The notes beneath the pieces are model-generated. The model was not told where the DNA came from, made no database searches, and worked only from the letters and a program-made list of their open reading frames with translations. Below, one piece after another: positions 45,594-54,555 of a stretch of 64,000 nt of DNA (position 1 is its first letter; the number at the start of each line of letters is the position of its first letter). This DNA comes from Escherichia phage B9-1: sequence record OQ420740.1. One strand, written 5' to 3'. The translations under genes were made by a program, and so were the position numbers.

Positions 45594-45865
45594 ACCTTCT
45601 CGTTGATAAATTTACGGGCGGTTTGGTGAGTTGTTTCTGCTGTCTTCAGAATGATATTAATTTTATTGTCAAGATCATTCATCTCAGCAGTTAATTCAGG
45701 AATCTCTCCAGCATGCATGGTGAAATCATACATAGACATACCCAGGATCTCATTGATTCGGCGGTTGCATTCTGCAGCACGTTGGTTCATTTTCCAAGCT
45801 AACACTAGAGCCTCTTGCGTAGCCTCTAGTGCAAAGTCTAATACGTCAGCTTCTTCTTTCGTCAT
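45590..45865 (-). CDS. hypothetical protein
   Basis: 91-aa ORF, start overlaps downstream gene; helical-type composition. Confidence 0.45.
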   Translation of the reverse strand: MTKEEADVLDFALEATQEALVLAWKMNQRAAECNRRINEILGMSMYDFTMHAGEIPELTAEMNDLDNKINIILKTAETTHQTARKFINEKV

Positions 45866-45921
45866 CTCAGTCTCTCTTGTTGTATTGTTGATAGGTGTAT
45901 GAATGCTTTATAACTCACCTT

Positions 45922-46488
45922 TTATTCAAACTGCAATAGCAAATCCACTACCGCGCTAGGTCTGTCAACAAACTCACCGGGTCCACATGCCCACAGAGGG
46001 TATCCGTCTACATACCGCCAAATCCAACCTGCAGTGTGGAGTTCTAGCAGGGCAGTACCGTCCTTACTGTCAACCACTCTTTCCCACAGTGTTGGGCAGC
46101 GAAGCTTGAGGATCGGATCCCCTCCCTTATACCCATCCATGTAGATACCCATTGCAAAGTTCAGCATCATCTTTTTGTGCACTGACCTCTTACTGAGGGT
46201 GCTCATCACTTCCTCTTTGTGGATGTTTGTAAGCTTCTCCTTGGCTACCTGCAGATCGTTGCAGCCATTGTTCAGAAGATCTTCCAGACACTTGACCCGA
46301 AGGTCGTGAATATCTTTGTCGTGCACCGTTGGTACAGGGTCGTAGCGATATAGCACTGTTGATACAAGGTTGCTCGGGTGTGGGTCTGACAGCAACCCAT
46401 AACCCCAATACTCCTCTGTATCTGAAAGGACAAGACACCCAATGTCTCTGTCAAGCTTTCCTGTGTTGTAAGCCACATTGACCGCCAT
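45922..46488 (-). CDS. hypothetical protein
   Basis: 188-aa ORF in minus block; no recognisable motif. Confidence 0.5.
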   Translation of the reverse strand: MAVNVAYNTGKLDRDIGCLVLSDTEEYWGYGLLSDPHPSNLVSTVLYRYDPVPTVHDKDIHDLRVKCLEDLLNNGCNDLQVAKEKLTNIHKEEVMSTLSKRSVHKKMMLNFAMGIYMDGYKGGDPILKLRCPTLWERVVDSKDGTALLELHTAGWIWRYVDGYPLWACGPGEFVDRPSAVVDLLLQFE

Positions 46489-46490
46489 AA

Positions 46491-46736
46491 TTATAGCTCC
46501 ACTAGCAAAGTGCTCTCAAAATGCCTCTCATGCAGACCACTATAAGGAACCACTTCCACAACACCGTCGCGGATGTATGGAGTCATCATGGTGACATAAT
46601 CACCGAACGGGTTGGCATTATCACTAACCACGACCACATGCTGCCCCTCCTTGGCAGAGTGCCAGATAGATCTGCACTTCATCATGTGTTCGAGAGCGCC
46701 AGGTAAAATCTTGTTACGTTCTTTACGGGTCTTCAT
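46491..46736 (-). CDS. hypothetical protein
   Basis: 81-aa ORF, tightly packed with neighbours. Confidence 0.45.
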   Translation of the reverse strand: MKTRKERNKILPGALEHMMKCRSIWHSAKEGQHVVVVSDNANPFGDYVTMMTPYIRDGVVEVVPYSGLHERHFESTLLVEL

Positions 46737-47182
46737 AACAGATATAGCTCCTTATGAAAGTGGGCTTTCAATTTCTCACCGAGAAACTTCTTGATACCTT
46801 CCTCTAAAGTGTTTTCGATGTAGTCCAGCTTAACTGCTTCGATAGACATATCATAGATCGCCAGCTCTAAGCTGTCAAGTCCCATCATAGCATGAACCAT
46901 AAGATTTTCATCTTCAGATACATTCAGGGGACTTCCTATAACATCTGGAGGCAGAATAGTTTCCCAATTATTCTGGGCGGTAGATCTCCCGCCATCCACC
47001 TTACGTCTCAGCTCGAATGTATTCTTAGTGTAGAACACTTCATAAGAAACGATACGACTGTCACTCTCATAATAGACGAAGTTCAAGTAGGAGCCCAGCC
47101 GTAGTCGGCAAACTTCTACCCCAAACCATTGTTTCTTATAAGAATTCAGGCTAATGCTGTCGCATTCACGTTTGCTCAACAC
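46733..47182 (-). CDS. hypothetical protein
   Basis: 149-aa ORF; stop overlaps next gene start. Confidence 0.5.
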   Translation of the reverse strand: MLSKRECDSISLNSYKKQWFGVEVCRLRLGSYLNFVYYESDSRIVSYEVFYTKNTFELRRKVDGGRSTAQNNWETILPPDVIGSPLNVSEDENLMVHAMMGLDSLELAIYDMSIEAVKLDYIENTLEEGIKKFLGEKLKAHFHKELYLL

Positions 47183-47198
47183 GGCTCTCTCCTTCTTG

Positions 47199-47432
47199 TT
47201 AATCTTCGTAAATAATGATTTCTGCTTTAGGTTTTCGTGCTTTCAGGTCCAGCTCTATCCAGTGCACCATCGCTGTTTCAAGAAAAACAGCCTGGATGCA
47301 TCCGTCTTCAGCGTGCCCTACCAGCATAACAAGATCTTCACATTCATCATCTGCATCACGGACATACAAGATCTCTCCAGATTCAAAGTCTTTCACAACC
47401 TGATTGCTGGATAATTTACGAATTTTTGCCAT
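47199..47432 (-). CDS. small protein, diverged member of tandem paralogue family
   Basis: 77 aa; pattern MAKIRKLSSNQ...FESGEILYVRDADDECEDLVMLV parallels the 87-aa paralogues upstream. Confidence 0.45.
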   Translation of the reverse strand: MAKIRKLSSNQVVKDFESGEILYVRDADDECEDLVMLVGHAEDGCIQAVFLETAMVHWIELDLKARKPKAEIIIYED

Positions 47433-47433
47433 A

Positions 47434-47697
47434 TCAGAAACCCTCTAAAAAGCTCTTGTAGAAAATAATCTCAGTATCCACACCAGTCACGATCTTGTCG
47501 TTCCTGATTTCATCTGTAAGATAGGTGTCAAAACGCAGCACCTGTGTGGTATTGTCACACATCCACTCGGCTGTTACCATGGCAAAAATCTTAGCATCTT
47601 CATTATCTGGTGTAAATGTCACCACCTCACCGCATTTAAACTTTTCGATAGGTTGCGTGTTAGCTTTTGGTTCTGCAATGGTGATTTTCGTGGTCAT
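47434..47697 (-). CDS. small protein, tandem paralogue 3
   Basis: 87 aa; shares length and motifs with 47697..47960 and 47960..48223. Confidence 0.5.
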   Translation of the reverse strand: MTTKITIAEPKANTQPIEKFKCGEVVTFTPDNEDAKIFAMVTAEWMCDNTTQVLRFDTYLTDEIRNDKIVTGVDTEIIFYKSFLEGF

Positions 47698-47960
47698 TAT
47701 TCTCCTCCTTCTTTTGAATAGCTTGTCTCTCCAAGGATGGTAATTTTGGTGTCAAGCTCTGTAACTTTCATGTTTGGTGGCAGATCGTACAACTCATTAT
47801 TTTCTAAATCGAACCCCCATACACAATGTTCCCCTGTTTTGACAATCATAACTATGTTTTGAATGCCGTCTCCGTCACAACTTACCACGGTCCCACATGG
47901 AAAACTGTCTGCACGCTTTTTGTTCTTCACTTTAGAATTGAATACAATGCTAGTAGCCAT
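47697..47960 (-). CDS. small protein, tandem paralogue 2
   Basis: 87 aa (MATSIVFNSKVKNKKRADSFPCGTVV...ITILGE); start/stop overlap with neighbours. Confidence 0.5.
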   Translation of the reverse strand: MATSIVFNSKVKNKKRADSFPCGTVVSCDGDGIQNIVMIVKTGEHCVWGFDLENNELYDLPPNMKVTELDTKITILGETSYSKEGGE

Positions 47961-48223
47961 TATTGTTCCTCCACCATAACTTCGCCAAGAATTTCTATGC
48001 AGGCATCCATTTCTGTAACAACCAAGGTGTGAGGTAGTTCTGCAAACACCTTTCTGAACAGGTCAAATACCCCAACATATATGTTTGCAGGATGTGATCT
48101 CACAACAAGTGCTGTATTCACATCTCCAAGTTCATCAACAAACATCACCACAGTACCTGGAGCTACTGAAGACAGATACTTCTTAGTTTTACGGTTGGAT
48201 GCAAATTTTAACTCTGTTGCCAT
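47960..48223 (-). CDS. small protein, tandem paralogue 1
   Basis: 87 aa (MATELKFASNRKTKKYLSSVAPGTVV...IEILGE); RBS AGGAGG before ATG. Confidence 0.5.
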   Translation of the reverse strand: MATELKFASNRKTKKYLSSVAPGTVVMFVDELGDVNTALVVRSHPANIYVGVFDLFRKVFAELPHTLVVTEMDACIEILGEVMVEEQ

Positions 48224-48238
48224 AAATAATCTCCTCCT

Positions 48239-49720
48239 TTATTTAACGTACTCGATTAATTCCACAGTTCTCCCAAAGCTAGGGATATAATTTTTATTAT
48301 ACCCTTCGGTGAGAACCCATAAAGTATCGTACTTTTTCCACTTGTTGTCAACAGCCTTTTGTTCAAAGTTATGCTCAAAGTATAGGTCGGTAAGGACGAT
48401 GACATCTTTTGCATTTGGTATGTTAGCATCCAGATACTCGAACACGCAGGCGGCTGTTGTGCCCCATGTTGAGTGGACCTCATAGTTGATCATCTCATCG
48501 ATGTTACCGCGAGTGTATACTTTAACCTCTCCAACCTCGGTTGACCAACAGAACATCGTAACCTTAAACTCTTTATACAAATTGCACAACCCGGTGATCT
48601 CATTGAACATTTTCTTTAAAGTTCTTTGTGAGATCGATCCAGAAACGTCTAAAGCCACCACAATATCTATAGTGTTTTCCGGATTACGACCAGGAACAAT
48701 AACGTGCTGATTCTTGTTTATAGCTCCAACTTTTCGCATTGTGGTGGTCAAAGACCCAGATCGGCGACCCGGTTTTCTGTAGGTTAACTCAGCCTTCCTT
48801 TTAGATAACATACGTTGCTTAATAATATCTATATAATTGATTACAGGCTTGCCTCTGTTTTTGACAAACTCGCGCACCGCCTCGGGGCAACGACCTCCTG
48901 AAGCTTGCATTGCTGCTTCCAACATGTCACCAGAGTCCTGCATGGCCTGATCTTTATCCGATTGACTGATTACTGGTTGCGGCTGATCATACCCCATAGC
49001 CTTTCCAAGATCATCACTAGTGCCACCGTTCCCGCTCATGTGATCATCGGTTTGTCGTTTATCTCCTTGGGAGTTCTCTCCTTTACCGTTCTTACTTTTA
49101 CCGCTATTCTGATCTCTTTGTTTATCAAGAACTGCATAGACGTTCTCAGCAATCCATCCATGAAACTTCATGTCGCAGTAGCAACTAGCTAAGAAGCCAA
49201 AAGGCTTACCTTTTACGAACTCAGTGCTTTTCCCCTTCGGGAAGAAAACACAAGGAGGCTTGCTAAAGTCAACCACAAGACCTGTGTTGATAACGTGATC
49301 ACAAGCAATATTGAACAGTTCCGGCTCAAAGCTTTTACCACGGACCAGATGATCACAGATAATATGCCCCACCTCATGTGACAGAAGAAAGGCCACCTCT
49401 TTCACAGATTTTGGGGAATAGAAAACCTCAGCCATCTCAAACTGCTTGTCAGTCAGAGATGCTTTAAGAATGGTTTTACGCTCATCTGCCAACCCCATAA
49501 TGAACTCAGGGCTGTAGTAGATGCGTTTATGGTCTGTTGCCATAGTGGAGCACCATGTGTGGTTTTCTACGAACTGCAACCCTGACAACAGTGTGCCATA
49601 AAACGGCAGCTTTTCAAGAAGGTACATGCGAGCGGCCTGCAGCATTCGCAAGGCATCATCTTTTTGTGCGGTAATGATTTCTGAACTTCTGCTATCCATT
49701 AAAACTCCAGAAGGGGCCAT
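48239..49720 (-). CDS. metallopeptidase-like (HExxH) plus von Willebrand factor A domain protein
   Basis: 493 aa; N-terminal region has LSHEVGHIICDH (HExxH); C-terminal region has MIDAS-type DVSGSIS in IDIVVALDVSGSISQ; this architecture typically partners with MoxR-type AAA+ ATPases. Confidence 0.6.
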   Translation of the reverse strand: MAPSGVLMDSRSSEIITAQKDDALRMLQAARMYLLEKLPFYGTLLSGLQFVENHTWCSTMATDHKRIYYSPEFIMGLADERKTILKASLTDKQFEMAEVFYSPKSVKEVAFLLSHEVGHIICDHLVRGKSFEPELFNIACDHVINTGLVVDFSKPPCVFFPKGKSTEFVKGKPFGFLASCYCDMKFHGWIAENVYAVLDKQRDQNSGKSKNGKGENSQGDKRQTDDHMSGNGGTSDDLGKAMGYDQPQPVISQSDKDQAMQDSGDMLEAAMQASGGRCPEAVREFVKNRGKPVINYIDIIKQRMLSKRKAELTYRKPGRRSGSLTTTMRKVGAINKNQHVIVPGRNPENTIDIVVALDVSGSISQRTLKKMFNEITGLCNLYKEFKVTMFCWSTEVGEVKVYTRGNIDEMINYEVHSTWGTTAACVFEYLDANIPNAKDVIVLTDLYFEHNFEQKAVDNKWKKYDTLWVLTEGYNKNYIPSFGRTVELIEYVK

Positions 49721-49732
49721 TGGCCCCTGTCA

Positions 49733-50722
49733 TTATTTAACGTGCTTGAAAATACCAGCCAACTCGGTCATTGTCATGCGAGTGGTCTTCATAAGGTCTG
49801 TCATAGCCTTCTCCATGATTGGAGATACTACCATGAAGTTACCTTTGGTGAAACCTTTGTTCCAGTCGGTAACTAATAGGGGTTTAAGTCCGGCACCGAG
49901 ACGTTCACCAGTTAAAGCACAACATTTTCGAATGTATGTGCTCTTAAACTGGCTGAATGACAGATCAACTTTCATACCTGCATCGTAGAACGTCTGGCAA
50001 TAGAAAGTGTAAGCTTTGGCAATCTCAACATCGTCAGGCAGTGCAGGAACCTCTTCTGTAAGCTCTTCTTCGACCCCTTGAGGCTCTTTTTCCTCTTCGT
50101 AAGCCTGTTGCGTCATCTCTTCAATCTCCTCTACTACAGGCTCGTTTACAATGTCAGAAATGTGCTTGTTGGCTCCACGATTAGCCATGAAGTTTTTAAA
50201 ATCCTGCATTGGTGACATATCTTCCTCCCATTCTTCGTCAAAGAGTGCTAGTTTATCCTCTTCCGTTCCATATTGCAAGATGAAATCTTCAAAAGTGTAA
50301 TCACCTTTCAATTTCTCCATACGCTCTTCGCTCAGGTGGAGCATCATCTGCTGGACAATTTTTCGATCAGTTTTGTCTTTAATCAAGACTGCGGTCTTTT
50401 TATCTACCAGGCAGTCCTTTAGGGAGTTGCATCTCAATCCCACCACACAACAATTATCAACCGCATAAGGACCTTCATCATCTATCCGCTCCAGAGATGG
50501 GTAGAAAGGATTTCCCAGTCCGTTTTCATCTGTGTGCATGTCGAAAGGTATAAGGGTATAGTCGCATACTCCCTCTCCTAAAAGTTTTTTACCAAATAGG
50601 AGATATTCTTCCCATGACAGGTTGAACTCTATATCCCGTTTCCGTGCGTTATTCTGTTTGCGTCTGTATTTTTTGAGCAAGCGCTCTAACTCTTCTGGTG
50701 TATAATATTTTTCAAGATTCAT
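49733..50722 (-). CDS. HNH-like nuclease domain protein
   Basis: ATG at 50722 chosen because the ORF-track TTG at 50782 is the -35 of the minus promoter; segment FDMHTDENG...PSLERIDDEGPYAVDNCCVVGLRCNSLK resembles phage HNH endonuclease cores. Confidence 0.45.
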   Translation of the reverse strand: MNLEKYYTPEELERLLKKYRRKQNNARKRDIEFNLSWEEYLLFGKKLLGEGVCDYTLIPFDMHTDENGLGNPFYPSLERIDDEGPYAVDNCCVVGLRCNSLKDCLVDKKTAVLIKDKTDRKIVQQMMLHLSEERMEKLKGDYTFEDFILQYGTEEDKLALFDEEWEEDMSPMQDFKNFMANRGANKHISDIVNEPVVEEIEEMTQQAYEEEKEPQGVEEELTEEVPALPDDVEIAKAYTFYCQTFYDAGMKVDLSFSQFKSTYIRKCCALTGERLGAGLKPLLVTDWNKGFTKGNFMVVSPIMEKAMTDLMKTTRMTMTELAGIFKHVK

Positions 50723-50753
50723 GAGTTGTCTCTTGTTCTCTGTGGGTGGAGAA

Positions 50754-50782
50754 ATCTTACCAAGTGCCTGAGAAGATGTCAA
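50754..50782 (-). promoter_or_regulatory. sigma70-like promoter for minus-strand block (TTGACA, 17 bp, TAAGAT)
   Basis: On minus strand: TTGACA (50782-50777), 17-nt spacer, TAAGAT (50759-50754); about 35 nt upstream of ATG at 50722. Confidence 0.5.
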
Positions 50783-50795
50783 CCTGAAAAACGTG

Positions 50796-50824
50796 TTGAC
50801 TTTACTCTAAATCCACGATATAGT
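50796..50824 (+). promoter_or_regulatory. sigma70-like promoter for plus-strand early block (TTGACT, 17 bp, TATAGT)
   Basis: -35 at 50796-50801, -10 at 50819-50824; RBS AGGAG and ATG 50865 downstream; back-to-back with minus promoter. Confidence 0.55.
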
Positions 50825-50864
50825 GCACCCATTCAAAAGAAAACTAACATAGGAGCACTTACTC

Positions 50865-51764
50865 ATGACAAATCTTAACAGTTTTAGCACCAGGTGGAAA
50901 CAAGATATCACAACCAATCTCTCAGCAGGTGATATCCTTTCTGCAATTTACGAGGCTTTGGATGATAAAGCTACTTCAAAATCGGTTTGTACTAATCCGC
51001 TAATCCCTGTAGTGATGAAGGTAATTGAGCGGAGGTTGGTATCTGGGTCCGATAAGTGGACATACCTTGATAATGGAGGGCATACTTACTCCAACGGATA
51101 TGTTGATATAAAAGTGGAATACGCAGTATCATACCGCCGGAGCGGTTCTGTAACTTTCAACTTCTCTGGAGGTTTCCGATCTCTGGCAACTTCACCTTTT
51201 GTTTCCTCAGAGGAGAAGTATGAGCTGCCATTTCTTTGGATGATGGCTAACGCGACAGGAAAAACCCCCGTTAGCATCCGAGTAAAATACAACTACAACG
51301 GATCTAGTAAGATCTATGCCGAGAGTGTCTCAGCAAGTTTTTATTTTGTGATGGGGGATGGAATCCTCAAACATATAAAGATGTGCGATATGCATGATGT
51401 TATAAATGAAGTGACTGATAAGAATGTCCTAGTGAAAGACCTCAATAATTTTTATACACCTGGAGACTATTACGTCAACCGCCCACTGTGCATCTTTAAT
51501 GCCGCACACCCTTTAGGTGAGTATTTGATCGCCAATAGCGATATTGCCAATAATCGCTTCGAGGTAGCAAGAGTACAGAATGAGGTGTTGACATCTTGCA
51601 AGAGCGGTGATAAGTTTACCGAAGAAGAGATGGGTGTTTTAGAGATGATGGGATATAAGTGTAGCCTTTGGGTAGATGAGGTGTTTAATGACGGCATCTA
51701 TGGACAGGATATTTACCCACTAAAGAAGTATACTGATTCCAGTTTAATTTACGCGGGGATTTGA
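50865..51764 (+). CDS. hypothetical protein
   Basis: 299-aa ORF, first gene after plus promoter; no recognisable motif. Confidence 0.5.
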   Translation: MTNLNSFSTRWKQDITTNLSAGDILSAIYEALDDKATSKSVCTNPLIPVVMKVIERRLVSGSDKWTYLDNGGHTYSNGYVDIKVEYAVSYRRSGSVTFNFSGGFRSLATSPFVSSEEKYELPFLWMMANATGKTPVSIRVKYNYNGSSKIYAESVSASFYFVMGDGILKHIKMCDMHDVINEVTDKNVLVKDLNNFYTPGDYYVNRPLCIFNAAHPLGEYLIANSDIANNRFEVARVQNEVLTSCKSGDKFTEEEMGVLEMMGYKCSLWVDEVFNDGIYGQDIYPLKKYTDSSLIYAGI

Positions 51765-52039
51765 CTATGATGAAGTCATGTGGTAGTGTATATTATGTTG
51801 GTGAGAATGTTCAGGCAGATAGTGTGTGGAAATCCATTAAGTCCACCACCGATGATGCCTTCTTGAGCGGATCATGTTTCCCCAATCCTGGGGACATTCT
51901 CCCTTACCCTGGGGATTTTGTTGTCAATAAGATGGACGGTTACACCGTGTGCCTGATGGTTGAAAAAATCTTTTTAGACACTAGACACAATCACCGTCTT
52001 GTGTTAAAATTTCAAGAATGTAAAATGACAGTTGCCTAA
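51761..52039 (+). CDS. hypothetical protein
   Basis: 92-aa ORF overlapping upstream stop. Confidence 0.45.
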   Translation: MTMMKSCGSVYYVGENVQADSVWKSIKSTTDDAFLSGSCFPNPGDILPYPGDFVVNKMDGYTVCLMVEKIFLDTRHNHRLVLKFQECKMTVA

Positions 52040-52051
52040 GGAGGCCTACCA

Positions 52052-52408
52052 ATGTCTAAAGTTACTTATCGTGCAGCTATTTACTGCAATGAGCAACCAA
52101 TCAATAGTGATGGTCACTGCTTTTTTAAAGAAAATCAGTTGGGCTGTATTGCCCTCCCTGATGAAGGGGAAGGTTATATGATTGCATTGACAGGGTTTGA
52201 GCCTGAAGCCTTGGAAGCCAATCTGGACTACCTGGTAGAGAAGGGTGCTGCAGACTTGGTTGCCAATGGCCTCTCCATAAGCCTTGAAGAAGTGGAGCGC
52301 TTCATGGGCAATTACCGTGTAGTGCGTGAGTTTACTGTCGAGGTGGAAACTCCAGAGTGGGGTGGTACTGAAACTAATGCTGAAGAAAAAGAAGAGGAGG
52401 CAGAATAA
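52052..52408 (+). CDS. small acidic protein
   Basis: 118 aa, strongly acidic C-terminus (ETNAEEKEEEAE); RBS AAGGAGG. Confidence 0.5.
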   Translation: MSKVTYRAAIYCNEQPINSDGHCFFKENQLGCIALPDEGEGYMIALTGFEPEALEANLDYLVEKGAADLVANGLSISLEEVERFMGNYRVVREFTVEVETPEWGGTETNAEEKEEEAE

Positions 52409-52665
52409 TGAAAGTGCAAATCTTAACTAATGCCGAGAAGATGTTTATCGAAGATACGCCTTTTGAAACTGGTGAGCTACAGTTTGTATATTTTGTTGAC
52501 TTAGATAAGGTTTTTCCTGCGCTGAATCTGGGTTTGGAGAAAGTACCTTATAAAACTCTATGCCAGGTTGTCCGTGCCTTAGCGGCAGATGGAGAGTTCC
52601 ACACCTTTGAAGATATCCAGACCTATGGGTATCTTGAACTGCAACGAGAAGAAGAGGTAGACTGA
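52408..52665 (+). CDS. small acidic protein
   Basis: 85 aa, acidic (ends LQREEEVD); ATGA-type coupling to upstream ORF. Confidence 0.5.
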   Translation: MKVQILTNAEKMFIEDTPFETGELQFVYFVDLDKVFPALNLGLEKVPYKTLCQVVRALAADGEFHTFEDIQTYGYLELQREEEVD

Positions 52666-52667
52666 TA

Positions 52668-53048
52668 ATGGCCCAGTGGAAGACAACAGTTGACCTTCAT
52701 GATCAGTGGTTAGGACGCATAACTGAAGACGGGAAACTGGTAGAGTGGGACAACAAACATGTTAGCGAGTTGGCAAGTATTGTGGCTGGCAAGTTACGCT
52801 CCAAGTTCCCTGAACAGCTGGATCCTGATAGTTCAAAGTTCGATCCTGAGTTGGAGGATGTTGTATACTACTTCGATACCGTTGATGACTACGACGCGTG
52901 GTTTGCAGCACGGGAGCTTTACCCACAAGGCTCTGCTATGCGCAAGATGGAAGAAGATTATCCTCCGTGTGAGCAATTCAATAGTGCAATGACTTGCCTC
53001 TATGATTGGGCAGATAAGAACCTTGTCTGGATTCGGACTGCATTTTAG
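52668..53048 (+). CDS. hypothetical protein
   Basis: 126-aa ORF; no recognisable motif. Confidence 0.5.
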   Translation: MAQWKTTVDLHDQWLGRITEDGKLVEWDNKHVSELASIVAGKLRSKFPEQLDPDSSKFDPELEDVVYYFDTVDDYDAWFAARELYPQGSAMRKMEEDYPPCEQFNSAMTCLYDWADKNLVWIRTAF

Positions 53049-53092
53049 TGGGTAGGGATGGCGGCAAGGATGCTGCTTAAGGAGCAGTAGAG

Positions 53093-53362
53093 ATGTTATA
53101 CCAGCAGTACGAACTTCGTGCAGAAAAAGAATTAAATTTTGACAAAGATATTCACAGATATTATTATGGGAAAGTTAGAGGGCAAGCAAGAAAGTGTACT
53201 CCAACACTCTTTTATGCCAGCAGACGACTAGCGCCAGAAGAGGCAACAGCAGAAAGGGTTGCATATGGCTGGAGAGTTGCGTATGATATTGACAGATCCG
53301 ATGTGATGTCTGTTTTGGAAAACTTTGAAAACACTTACACACAAGTAGAGGACTTTTACTAA
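53093..53362 (+). CDS. hypothetical protein
   Basis: 89-aa ORF; stop overlaps ATPase start. Confidence 0.45.
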   Translation: MLYQQYELRAEKELNFDKDIHRYYYGKVRGQARKCTPTLFYASRRLAPEEATAERVAYGWRVAYDIDRSDVMSVLENFENTYTQVEDFY

Positions 53363-54546
53363 TGTCAAGAAACGTATTCGAAAGTGGTCAAATCACTGTC
53401 CGCGAGTTGCCAGCTATTATTCAATTTGCCCAGCGTCATAACCGATCTGTCCTGATTTTAGGACCGATGGGCGTGGGGAAGAGCCAGGTGATGAAGCAGA
53501 TTGCTGATAGTATGTTCGGTGAGCGAGATGACAACCTTGTTGACGTGCGACTGTCAGATAAAGACCCTGCTGACTTATCTGGGCTACCTATCCCTGTAGA
53601 GTCGGATGGGACTACACGTACAGTGTTTGCAATTCCAGAATTTTGGCCTGCAGATCCGGACTGGAGCGGAATTATCTTTCTAGACGAGCTTACTCATGCA
53701 GATAACTACCTGCAGAAGGTTGCAATGCAAATTATGCTCGACCACAAGTGCGGCACCTATGCATTTCCTAAGGGCTCTGTTTTTGTAGCTGCAGGTAACC
53801 GTGCTACAGACGGTGCTGTTCTTTCGGCGCTCGAAGCTCCTCTAGCTAACCGCTTTATCATTGTAGAAGTTACAAGCAGTGCAGAGGTGTTTATTGAGGA
53901 CTATGCATTCCTTAATGGGGTGCACTCCTCTGTAATTGGATATCTGAAAAGAGTCCCATCAGCCATTGATAATTATGAGGCCATGGCTGAGATTAATTGT
54001 CCATCTTTTGCCACACCGCGATCTTGGGTTGCTGCATCTGACATCTTGCACGATTTTGACAGCGGTATTATTTCTGACGCTATGGCCCGTGTCCTTCTAC
54101 AAGGTGCCATTGGTCACACTGCAGCGGTAGAAATTTGGACCTACCACACCAAGAAACGAAACTTGCCAGAAATCGGTCGGATTATGGCAGGAGGCTGCAA
54201 AGAATATGTAGGTCCTAAGCAGCCAGACATCTTGTGGATTCTGGGGTCTGAAGGTTGTATCGCTATTCGTAATATGATGGAAAATGCAAGTATCTCCGAC
54301 GAAGATCTCGTCAGCTGTGTGGCAAACTTCCTTGATTTCCTTTGGGAAAATTTCAAGGATGAGAACCGAGACTTTGTATTCTCAGTCTTTATGGCGATGA
54401 TGAAACCTAACGCCTTAGGAAATGCCTTACTTATTGGTAAAGGCAGGGACAAGATCGTTGCTCAGCTGATCAAAGCATACCCAAACCTGATGAAGATTGT
54501 AAAAGAGTTTGGTGAAGAGTTTAGCGCCATTTTAGCTAAAGCTTGA
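53362..54546 (+). CDS. AAA+ ATPase, MoxR/CbbQ/CobS-like
   Basis: 394 aa; Walker A GPMGVGKS (aa 34-41), Walker B IIFLDELTHAD; size and motif spacing typical of MoxR-type ATPases that pair with vWA proteins. Confidence 0.65.
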   Translation: MSRNVFESGQITVRELPAIIQFAQRHNRSVLILGPMGVGKSQVMKQIADSMFGERDDNLVDVRLSDKDPADLSGLPIPVESDGTTRTVFAIPEFWPADPDWSGIIFLDELTHADNYLQKVAMQIMLDHKCGTYAFPKGSVFVAAGNRATDGAVLSALEAPLANRFIIVEVTSSAEVFIEDYAFLNGVHSSVIGYLKRVPSAIDNYEAMAEINCPSFATPRSWVAASDILHDFDSGIISDAMARVLLQGAIGHTAAVEIWTYHTKKRNLPEIGRIMAGGCKEYVGPKQPDILWILGSEGCIAIRNMMENASISDEDLVSCVANFLDFLWENFKDENRDFVFSVFMAMMKPNALGNALLIGKGRDKIVAQLIKAYPNLMKIVKEFGEEFSAILAKA

Positions 54547-54555
54547 GGAGGTTGT

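Noticed and set aside
50723-50782. TTG start at 50782 for the HNH-like gene
   Set aside because: Coincides with the -35 hexamer of the minus-strand promoter; first ATG downstream (50722) taken instead.
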